64,000 bases of DNA from Bacteroidota bacterium (GTDB lineage: Bacteria > Bacteroidota > Bacteroidia > Bacteroidales > GCA-2711565): contig JAHIVC010000069.1 of NCBI GenBank assembly GCA_018816945.1, positions 37,339-101,338 of the forward strand, written 5' to 3'. How positions within the stretch are numbered: position 1 is the first letter of the stretch; the number at the start of each line of letters is the position of its first letter. The translations under genes and the position numbers were made by a program. Of this stretch, positions 29,969 through 38,285 are shown piece after piece. The notes below the pieces were generated by a model that was given only the letters and a program-made list of their open reading frames with translations, searched no databases and was not told where the DNA came from.

Positions 29969-30105
29969 AGAAGACAGAATACAGAAGACACAAGTAATAA
30001 GTAATAAGTAATAAGTAACAACCTGCCTGCCGCAGGCAGGGTAACAAGTATCAAGTAACCAGTAACCAGCAACCAGTAACCAGCAACCAGTAACCAGCAA
30101 ACTAA
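29969..30105. repeat. Intergenic element: 7-nt periodic tandem repeats flanking the GC-rich palindrome CCTGCCTGCCGCAGGCAGG
   Basis: agaagac/agaatac/.../ataagta x3 on the left, and the palindrome at 30022-30040. On the right, accagta/accagca alternate about six times. Confidence 0.85.
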
Positions 30106-30145
30106 AATCTGAATCTTGAATCGAACAACTTAAAAAAATAAAAAA

Positions 30146-30544
30146 ATGAAAAGCGACATACGAAAAACAATATTAGTAGTTGATGATGATAGCGATTATC
30201 TGTTTCAGATGAAACTCCAGATTGAAAAGTTTGGATTTAATGTTATAACCGCTGAAGGTCAAAATCAAGGAATTAAAGTTCTTGAAACTACTAAGCCTGA
30301 TATGGCAATTATTGATTTAATGATGGAGAATATGGATAGCGGATTTATTCTTGGTCATAAAATAAAACAAAAATACCCCGATGTACCTGTTATTATTGCA
30401 AGTGCCGTTACTGCTGAAACAGGGATGATCTTTGGTCTGGAATCGAAAGAGGATAAAACCTGGATTAAAGCTGATCTTTATCTTGAAAAAGGATTAAGAT
30501 TGGATCAACTTCACAGGGAAATTAATAAACTTCTAAAGCTCTAA
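30146..30544 (+). CDS. Single-domain response regulator (CheY-like)
   Basis: 132 aa with ILVVDDD and DMAIIDLMM. Confidence 0.85.
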   Translation: MKSDIRKTILVVDDDSDYLFQMKLQIEKFGFNVITAEGQNQGIKVLETTKPDMAIIDLMMENMDSGFILGHKIKQKYPDVPVIIASAVTAETGMIFGLESKEDKTWIKADLYLEKGLRLDQLHREINKLLKL

Positions 30545-30546
30545 AA

Positions 30547-31668
30547 ATGGAAATTTTAAAGGTATTGGTAGTTGACGACGAACCCGGAATTCGTTCAGGA
30601 ATCGGGAGGATCATGCGCAATTTCACGGTCAGTTATCCTTTCATGGAAGAAGATTTCGCATTTGAATTAATCGATGCCGAGACAGGTGAAATGGCGATTG
30701 AGATTATTGAATCGCAAAATATCGATATCATTTTACTCGATAATCAGCTTCCGGGTATTAACGGTATTGAAGTGTTGGAGTATATCCGCAAAATTCAGTA
30801 CGATGCATTGGTAATGATGATCACCAGCTATGCTTCACTCGATTTGGCCGTTAAAGCAACAAATATCGGAGCATACAATTTCGTACCAAAACCTTTTACA
30901 CCCCAGGAACTTAAAACTGCTATCGAAAGCATAACCAAGCAACTGTATTTAAAGCGGATGACCCGGAAAATGAATAAGGAGGGAAAACAAATCCGCTTTC
31001 AGTTTCTTTCGGTGCTTTCACACGAATTAAAATCGCCTATTAATGCCATCGAAGGTTATTTGAAAATAATGCAGGAAAAGCAAGTAGGAGATAATATTGA
31101 TGATTATGCCATTATGATTGATCGTTCGATTGAACGACTAAAAGGAATGCGGACGCTAATCCTTGATTTACTTGATTTGACTAAGCTTGAGTCAGGGAAA
31201 AAATCCAGGACCATCAATCAGGTTGATATTTATGAAGTCGCTAAAATGGCGATGGATACCATTGAACCTCTTGCAATTCAAAAGCAGGTAAAGGTTTATT
31301 TGAATGCAGAGGAGAATATGTACATATCATCTGATAAAGATGAGTTGGAAATAATATTGAATAACCTTTTATCGAATGCAATAAAATATAATAAAGACGA
31401 AGGGAAGGTTTTTTTAAATATTTTAAAAGATGAGAAGAGCGTTAAGATAATCATTGAAGATACCGGAATAGGTATGAGTTCGGAGGATATGGAAAAACTG
31501 TTTCAGGAGTTTGTGAGAATTAAAAACTCAAAAACCAAAAATGTGACCGGAAGTGGATTGGGACTCTCAATAACTAAAAAAATGGTGGAACTAAATGGAG
31601 GTACCATTAATGTCGATAGTACTCCCGATGTGGGAAGTAAATTCACGGTAGTCTTACCGCTTAAATAA
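30547..31668 (+). CDS. Receiver-histidine kinase hybrid (N-terminal REC, HisKA, HATPase)
   Basis: 373 aa with VLVVDDEP...ILLDNQLPG, the H-box LSHELKSPINAIEG, then EDTGIGM and GSGLGLSI. It starts 3 nt after the preceding receiver gene. Confidence 0.85.
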   Translation: MEILKVLVVDDEPGIRSGIGRIMRNFTVSYPFMEEDFAFELIDAETGEMAIEIIESQNIDIILLDNQLPGINGIEVLEYIRKIQYDALVMMITSYASLDLAVKATNIGAYNFVPKPFTPQELKTAIESITKQLYLKRMTRKMNKEGKQIRFQFLSVLSHELKSPINAIEGYLKIMQEKQVGDNIDDYAIMIDRSIERLKGMRTLILDLLDLTKLESGKKSRTINQVDIYEVAKMAMDTIEPLAIQKQVKVYLNAEENMYISSDKDELEIILNNLLSNAIKYNKDEGKVFLNILKDEKSVKIIIEDTGIGMSSEDMEKLFQEFVRIKNSKTKNVTGSGLGLSITKKMVELNGGTINVDSTPDVGSKFTVVLPLK

Positions 31669-31679
31669 AGACTAATAAG

Positions 31680-33107
31680 ATGATCTTTAAGCCACAAAAA
31701 TATAACATCAAGGATGAATCAATGGTTGATTTCATTGATCCCGAAGAAATAAATGATTATTTAGATCGGGCCAAACCAACAACTGAAATGGTTAGGCAAG
31801 TGATTTTAAAGTCATTAAACAAAGAGCGATTAAATTTAGAGGAAGTTGCCTTGCTGGTAAAAGCTACAGATCCTGAACAAATTGAAATGATTAAGGAAGG
31901 GGCGAAGACCCTTAAACGCAATGTTTATGGAAACCGGATTGTTTTATTTGCACCTCTTTATGTCGGTAATCTTTGCAATAATAATTGTAAATATTGTGGA
32001 TTTAGGGCATCGAACAGCAATGCTGAACGAAAAACCCTTAATGATCAGGAATTGCACGAAAATGTAGTTGCTTTAGAACAAAATGGTCAAAAACGACTCA
32101 TTTTGGTTTTTGGTGAACATCAAAAATATAATGCACAATACATTGCCGATACCGTTCGAAAGGTATATGCCATACGATCAGGAAATGGTGAAATCCGCAG
32201 GGTGAATATCAATGCTGCACCTATGGAAATTGAAGATTTTAAAACAGTCAAAGAATCAGGAATCGGAACTTATCAGATTTTTCAGGAAACTTATCATCCT
32301 GAAGCATATAAAAAATATCATCTATCCGGAAAAAAAGCAGATTTTAACTATCGGATCACATCCCTAGATCGTGCCATGGAAGCCGGAATTGATGATGTTG
32401 GGATTGGTGTTTTATTTGGTTTGTATGATTGGAAATATGAGGTTTTGGCTTTGGTTAGGCACACCAATCATCTGGAAGCCTGTTATAATATTGGGCCACA
32501 TACGCTCTCCTTTCCCCGTTTGCAAAAAGCGCTAAATCTTGATGTCGATGATCGGTATTTAGTAAGTGATGAGGAATTTACCCGGATCATTGCCATTCTC
32601 CGATTGGCAGTTCCTTATACAGGAATGATTTTAACAGCCAGGGAAACGGCCGAAATTAGAAGAGAAGTATTGCAATATGGTTGTTCGCAAATTGATGCAG
32701 GAACAAAAATTGAAATTGGAGCCTATGCTGAAAAATTTCAGAAGAACCAGGAACTTAAGAAGGAGCAGTTTCAAATTAACGACAATCGTTCGTTAAATGA
32801 CGTTATCGAAGAATTAATTGATCAGGATTACCTGCCTTCATTCTGCACGGCATGTTACCGATTGGGTAGAACAGGAGAGCATTTTATGGAGTTTTCGGTA
32901 CCCGGTTTTATCAAAAGGTATTGTTCATCGAATGCTTTACTAACCCTGGCAGAATACCTGATGGACTATGCACCTCCTAAAACTGCTGAGAGAGGATGGA
33001 CGCTTATAGAAAAAAGCATGCTTGATTTGGAAGGGTTTCAGGACATCGACGAAGTACATGCTCGTTTACAGAGAATAAAAAACGGGGAACGCGATTTATA
33101 TTTTTAG
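31680..33107 (+). CDS. hydG: [FeFe]-hydrogenase maturase HydG (radical SAM tyrosine lyase)
   Basis: Radical SAM motif CNNNCKYCGF. The C-terminal CTACYRLGRTGEHFMEFSVPGFIKRYC matches the HydG CX2CX22C motif exactly by my count. Confidence 0.9.
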   Translation: MIFKPQKYNIKDESMVDFIDPEEINDYLDRAKPTTEMVRQVILKSLNKERLNLEEVALLVKATDPEQIEMIKEGAKTLKRNVYGNRIVLFAPLYVGNLCNNNCKYCGFRASNSNAERKTLNDQELHENVVALEQNGQKRLILVFGEHQKYNAQYIADTVRKVYAIRSGNGEIRRVNINAAPMEIEDFKTVKESGIGTYQIFQETYHPEAYKKYHLSGKKADFNYRITSLDRAMEAGIDDVGIGVLFGLYDWKYEVLALVRHTNHLEACYNIGPHTLSFPRLQKALNLDVDDRYLVSDEEFTRIIAILRLAVPYTGMILTARETAEIRREVLQYGCSQIDAGTKIEIGAYAEKFQKNQELKKEQFQINDNRSLNDVIEELIDQDYLPSFCTACYRLGRTGEHFMEFSVPGFIKRYCSSNALLTLAEYLMDYAPPKTAERGWTLIEKSMLDLEGFQDIDEVHARLQRIKNGERDLYF

Positions 33108-33118
33108 CTTATAAAGCC

Positions 33119-34327
33119 ATGAGCAAAGGAACAGATTTAAAACCGCATATAGGTATTTTTGGAAGAAGGAACAATGGGAAAAGTTCATTTATAAATGCTA
33201 TTATTGGTCAGGAAGTAGCGATTGTTTCGGATCAGTCAGGTACAACCACTGATCCTGTAAAAAAATCGGTTGAGATTTTTGGAGTTGGTCCTGTTGTAAT
33301 GATCGATACGGCCGGAATTGACGATACAGGCGAATTGGGCTCAAAAAGGGTAGCGAAAACACGGGAGGTGATTAAAACCATCGATCTGGCCATTTTAATC
33401 ATTGCAAAAAACACTTTTGGTGATGACGAAGTTGAACTGTTGAATGAATTTAAAGCGTTTAATATCCCGGCCATCATTATTCATAATAAAGCTGATATTG
33501 AGGAACTTGATTTTGATACGCTTGATCGGATTAAATTCTTCTTAAACTCTGAAGTGCTTGATTTTAGCGCCATTGATAAGGAGAATAAGGAAAAAGTAAT
33601 TGAAGCCATCAAAAGAAATATTCCAAAAACGGCATACCAAAAACCTTCTTTATTCAAAGGAATCCTAAAACCAAAAGACGTGGTGCTTTTGGTAACACCA
33701 ATCGACTCGGAAGCTCCTGATGGCAGAATGATTTTACCTCAGGTGATGGCCTGGCGCGATGTGCTCGACAAGGATTGTATCTGCATGTCGGTGAAAGAAA
33801 CAGAACTGGAATATTTTATGAAACTTGGAATTAAACCTGCGTTGGCGGTTACCGATAGTCAGGTTTTCGATTATGTAAATTCAGTTCTTCCTGCAGAAAT
33901 CCCATTAACAAGTTTTAGTATTCTTTTTGCCCGATTAAAGGGCGATCTGGATGTTTACATCAAAGGAACTAATCAAATCGATAAATTACAAAATGAGGAT
34001 AAAATATTGATCCTGGAATCATGCACCCATCAGTTAAGTTGTGAAGATATCGGAAGGTTTAAAATACCCGTTTGGTTGGAGAAGCATACCGGTAAAAAAT
34101 TACATTACGAATTCCGATCTGGATTAAATGCCTCATTAGAAGATCTGACTGAATATGCTTTGGTTATTCAATGTGGTGGCTGTGTTGCAACCCGCAAGCA
34201 AGTCCTGAACAGGTTGCAAATCGTATCGGGGAAAAATATTCCAATTACTAATTATGGGATGCTGATTGCTTATGTGAATGGTATTTTTGAGAGAGTTATT
34301 CAACCTTTTTATCAAGATGAAACATAA
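33119..34327 (+). CDS. hydF: [FeFe]-hydrogenase maturase GTPase HydF
   Basis: P-loop GRRNNGKSS, DTAG, NKAD, and C-terminal Cys/His motifs (SCTH...QCGGC). Confidence 0.9.
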   Translation: MSKGTDLKPHIGIFGRRNNGKSSFINAIIGQEVAIVSDQSGTTTDPVKKSVEIFGVGPVVMIDTAGIDDTGELGSKRVAKTREVIKTIDLAILIIAKNTFGDDEVELLNEFKAFNIPAIIIHNKADIEELDFDTLDRIKFFLNSEVLDFSAIDKENKEKVIEAIKRNIPKTAYQKPSLFKGILKPKDVVLLVTPIDSEAPDGRMILPQVMAWRDVLDKDCICMSVKETELEYFMKLGIKPALAVTDSQVFDYVNSVLPAEIPLTSFSILFARLKGDLDVYIKGTNQIDKLQNEDKILILESCTHQLSCEDIGRFKIPVWLEKHTGKKLHYEFRSGLNASLEDLTEYALVIQCGGCVATRKQVLNRLQIVSGKNIPITNYGMLIAYVNGIFERVIQPFYQDET

Positions 34328-35399
34328 TCGTTTAAAGGAAATCCTTCAAAAATCTTTTCTTGAGAAAGAAGACATTCTTATGCTTCTCAACACTTACGGG
34401 GCGGAAAAGGAATTGTTATTTGAATATGCCTCGATGGTCAAAAATCAAAATGTCGGAAACAAGGTTTATTTGAGAGGGTTGATCGAGTATTCAAATATTT
34501 GTAAAAAGGATTGTTATTATTGCGGTATCCGATCGTCAAACCATTATTTTTGCCGTTATGAAGTTACTCCGCAGGAGATAGCTGAGGCATGTAATTTTGC
34601 TGTTCAAAATCGATTGGGTTCAATGGTCGTGCAAAGTGGCGAATTACAATCAGATGCATTTACCGATAAAATATTGGAGCTTATCAAAATAATTAAATCC
34701 CGTTCCAACGGAAAAATGCGCATCACTTTATCTTGTGGAGAACAAAAACCCGAAGTTTATCAAAAATGGTTCGATGCAGGTGCCGAGCGTTATTTGTTGA
34801 GGATTGAAACTTCCAATCAGGAATTGTATAAAAAAATTCACCCCGACAATGGTATTCATAATTATCAGAATAGAATTGATGCTTTAAATAACCTGAAAAA
34901 GATAGGGTTTCAAACAGGCACGGGAGTAATGATAGGTCTTCCCTACCAAACCATTGAAGATTTGGCCGATGATATAATTTTTATGCGCGATATTGATATC
35001 GACATGTGCGGAATGGGGCCATTTATTGAACATGAAAACACCCCATTATACAGCCATAGACAATCTTTACTTCCATTACAGGCACGTTATCAATTAGGAC
35101 TTAAAATGATTGCTGTTTTACGCATTGTTATGAAAGATATCAATATTGCATCAACAACTGCTTTGCAGGCCATTGACCCTCGTGGTAAACGCAGTGGTTT
35201 AGAAGTTGGAGCTAATGTAATCATGCCAAATATCACCCCGGTGAAATATAAATCCAATTATCATCTGTATAAAGACAAACCAGGATCAGGCTTAAGTATT
35301 GAAGATGAGTTAAATTATTCGGTTCAAACCATTGAAAAAGCAAATTGTGTTGTTGCTTATGAAGAGTCCGGTGATTCGCTGCGTTTTGTAAACAGATAA
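34317..35399 (+). CDS. hydE: [FeFe]-hydrogenase maturase HydE (radical SAM)
   Basis: Radical SAM motif CKKDCYYCGIR with BioB-like architecture. The ORF opens at 34278. I prefer the ATG at 34317 (MKHNRLKEIL), which overlaps the hydF stop (ATGAAACATAA). The start is uncertain. Confidence 0.85.
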   Translation: MKHNRLKEILQKSFLEKEDILMLLNTYGAEKELLFEYASMVKNQNVGNKVYLRGLIEYSNICKKDCYYCGIRSSNHYFCRYEVTPQEIAEACNFAVQNRLGSMVVQSGELQSDAFTDKILELIKIIKSRSNGKMRITLSCGEQKPEVYQKWFDAGAERYLLRIETSNQELYKKIHPDNGIHNYQNRIDALNNLKKIGFQTGTGVMIGLPYQTIEDLADDIIFMRDIDIDMCGMGPFIEHENTPLYSHRQSLLPLQARYQLGLKMIAVLRIVMKDINIASTTALQAIDPRGKRSGLEVGANVIMPNITPVKYKSNYHLYKDKPGSGLSIEDELNYSVQTIEKANCVVAYEESGDSLRFVNR

Positions 35400-35442
35400 A
35401 TTCGTAAATTTGAGGTATGTTTCCTGAACAAAAATTATTAAA

Positions 35443-37536
35443 ATGGGAAGGTTCAAATCAATTATACCTCTTAAGTTAAGGCTTTTCTTTCCAATTGCTT
35501 TCATTATCATATTTATTATCGCAGTGGCTACTTTGCTATTCATCAATAGCTCAATCAAAACATTCAATCTGCAAATTGAAAACAATTTAGAATTGGAAGT
35601 GAAAACCATTACTAAAATGTTTGAACGGGAAAGGCAATTAAAGCTGGAAAAGGTAAAAACCAATTTAAAAGTGGCGCATAGCCTTTTTTATAATGAAACC
35701 TTTAAAATTACCGGTGATAAGATAAGTGTTCATGCAATAAATCAGGAAAACGGTTCAGTGCATAATGCACTTATTAATAAGTGGTTATTGAATGGAGAAT
35801 TGCTCAATAATAATTTTGTATTTGTTGATAGCATTAAAAATTTACTCGGAGGCACGGCGACTATCTTTCAAAAAATCGATAGTGGTTATATCAGGGTATC
35901 TACCAATGTTCAAAATGCAGATGGTGTCAGAGCTGTAAATTCTTATATCCCTAATTCATCGCCTGTGGTTCAGGCAATAGAAAAAGGCGAGACCTATTTT
36001 GGTCGTGCTTTTGTGGTTAATGATTGGTATATTACTGCCTATGAACCGATTGTTATAAAAAATCAAATAGTTGGGATTTTATATGTTGGCGACAGGGAAA
36101 AAGATCTGCCAAAATTAAGAGAAATCCTTTATAGTTTGAAAATTGGAAAAACAGGCTATCCATTTGTTTTTGACAGGAGTGGATTGATGTTGATACATCC
36201 ATCTATTGAAGGTGAGAATTGGAAGGATAGTACGTTGTTCGTTAAAAGTCAGGATCCCAATCAAAAAATTATCCGATACAACTTTCTGGGAAAAGAAAAG
36301 ATTGCCGCTAAAAATTATTATGAAGATTTTGAGATTTATATTTTAGCCTCAATCGAAGCTGAAAGGGAAAACGGGAATTTTATCCGTAATACCATCCTCA
36401 CCTCTTCGCTTATAGCAATCATAATCATCATCATTTTGCTGTCGTTTTTATATTTTCTTACGGCTGATCGTATTTATAAATACTTTGTTCAATTAGATAT
36501 TTCCAATAAAAAGCTTATTTATGCCAGGGAAGCATTAAAGCAGTCGGAGGATCGGTTTCAAAAGTTGTTTAATAGTACCGGAGACGATATTTTTGTGACC
36601 GACACGAATGAAAATATTGTTGAAGTAAATCAGGCAAGTTGCAATACATTAGGATATACCCGTGAAGAATTACTTTCTAAAAAAATGAGTGAGATCAAAT
36701 CTCAAAAGTATGCAACATTGGTATCAGAAAACCGAAAAAAGATATATGAACTTGGAACATATACCTTTGAGTCGGAACATATGGCAAAGGATGGTAAGAT
36801 CATTCCTGTTGAGGCGACTTCAAGGGTTTTAGATTATAACAATGAAAAATTGATTTTGAGTGTAGTCCGAAATATTGGAACTCGAAAAGAAACCGAAAGG
36901 GAAATATTAAGTACGGTTATCCGAACTGAGGAACGGGAGCGGGAAAGATTTGCAAAGGACATGCACGATAGTGTCGGACCGCTTTTATCAACCATAAAAT
37001 TGTACGTAAATGAATTAAAATCACCAAACCTCGAAACTGAAGAACGTACTGATTTTGTTAATCAAACCAATGAGATTCTGGATGAAGCGATCATTTCAAT
37101 TCGCACCATATCCAATAACCTTATGCCTCGGGTAATTCATAAATATGGGTTGATTAAGGCACTCGAGTCTTTTTGTGATAAAGTAAATAAAACGAATAAA
37201 ATCAATATTCAATTAGAGTCAAAACACATTTCCGATCGATTAGATCAAAATTTAGAACTTATCTTATTTAGGGTAATTACAGAACTTATTACCAATACAC
37301 TAAAGCATGCAAATGCTAAAAATATCAATATTGAATTGGAGAAAAGCCGTAATAAAATTATCATGAGTTTTAAAGATGACGGGATTGGTTTTGATATTGA
37401 TAAAATTATGAATTCGGAACATTTAGGAATGGGACTCAAAAATATTATCAGCCGCATTAAATCGATCAATGGCGACTATCATTTTATAAGCTTTCCGGAT
37501 AATGGATTTCAAATTAGGGTTAATATAGATTTATAA
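35443..37536 (+). CDS. Cache-domain sensor histidine kinase (PAS, HisKA_3/NarX-LiaS type)
   Basis: 697 aa. TM1, then a periplasmic Cache-like region (ATIFQKIDSGYIRVSTNV...GILYVGD; GKTGYPFVFDRSGLMLIHP) and TM2. Then PAS, the HisKA_3 H-box DMHDSVGPLLS and HATPase. Confidence 0.85.
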   Translation: MGRFKSIIPLKLRLFFPIAFIIIFIIAVATLLFINSSIKTFNLQIENNLELEVKTITKMFERERQLKLEKVKTNLKVAHSLFYNETFKITGDKISVHAINQENGSVHNALINKWLLNGELLNNNFVFVDSIKNLLGGTATIFQKIDSGYIRVSTNVQNADGVRAVNSYIPNSSPVVQAIEKGETYFGRAFVVNDWYITAYEPIVIKNQIVGILYVGDREKDLPKLREILYSLKIGKTGYPFVFDRSGLMLIHPSIEGENWKDSTLFVKSQDPNQKIIRYNFLGKEKIAAKNYYEDFEIYILASIEAERENGNFIRNTILTSSLIAIIIIIILLSFLYFLTADRIYKYFVQLDISNKKLIYAREALKQSEDRFQKLFNSTGDDIFVTDTNENIVEVNQASCNTLGYTREELLSKKMSEIKSQKYATLVSENRKKIYELGTYTFESEHMAKDGKIIPVEATSRVLDYNNEKLILSVVRNIGTRKETEREILSTVIRTEERERERFAKDMHDSVGPLLSTIKLYVNELKSPNLETEERTDFVNQTNEILDEAIISIRTISNNLMPRVIHKYGLIKALESFCDKVNKTNKINIQLESKHISDRLDQNLELILFRVITELITNTLKHANAKNINIELEKSRNKIIMSFKDDGIGFDIDKIMNSEHLGMGLKNIISRIKSINGDYHFISFPDNGFQIRVNIDL

Positions 37537-37538
37537 TT

Positions 37539-38186
37539 ATGAATGAAACTGTTAAAGTATTTGTAGTTGACGATCACGAAATTTTTCGGAACGGATTAAA
37601 AATGGTGCTTGGCAAACTGAAGTATACCAAGGTGATTGCCGAAGCTTCGAATGGTGCAGATTTTCTGAACTTGCTTAAAGAAAATGAGCCGGATATCGTT
37701 TTAATGGACATCGAAATGCCTATCATGAATGGCATTGATGCAACAATTAATGCATTGAAAATTAAGCCTGATTTGAAAATTATTGCACTTACCATGTTTA
37801 ATGAAGATGAATACATCCAAAGTATGATCGATGCTGGTGTTAAAGGTTTTTTGATTAAAAACATCAATAAGGAAACCCTTGATAAGGCCATACAAACAGT
37901 GTTAAATGGTGGGAACTATTACTCCGAAGAATTGTTTGATTTCTTTACTAAACAAATTGTAAAAGACGATAAGCCAAAATCTGATGTTGTTAAACTTACC
38001 CGTCGCGAAAAAGAAATATTACAATTGGTTTGTGAGGGTTTGAGCAATCAGGAAATTGCTGATATTTTATTTGTGAGTGAACGTACCATCGTTGGACATA
38101 AATCAAACCTGCTTTCAAAAATGGGCTGTAAAAACACGATTGGCATGATGTCGTACGCTATAAAAAATAAGCTGGTCGTACTATAA
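37539..38186 (+). CDS. NarL/LuxR-family response regulator
   Basis: 215 aa with VFVVDDH...VLMDIEMP and a C-terminal LuxR HTH (LTRREKEILQLVCEGLSNQEIADILFVSERTI). Confidence 0.9.
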   Translation: MNETVKVFVVDDHEIFRNGLKMVLGKLKYTKVIAEASNGADFLNLLKENEPDIVLMDIEMPIMNGIDATINALKIKPDLKIIALTMFNEDEYIQSMIDAGVKGFLIKNINKETLDKAIQTVLNGGNYYSEELFDFFTKQIVKDDKPKSDVVKLTRREKEILQLVCEGLSNQEIADILFVSERTIVGHKSNLLSKMGCKNTIGMMSYAIKNKLVVL

Positions 38187-38285
38187 TTTGCACCTTGAAA
38201 AACCGCTTTGTTTGTTTTTTCGTAATGGGCTCTCATTGCGTATTAAAAAACCATTACTTTTATACTCTCTACTAAAAAACTAAAA

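Noticed and set aside
29969-30105. Possible CRISPR array (regular short repeats)
   Set aside because: The repeat unit is only 7 nt, contiguous and without spacers, and no cas genes are nearby. It is a microsatellite-like tandem repeat around a palindrome, not CRISPR.
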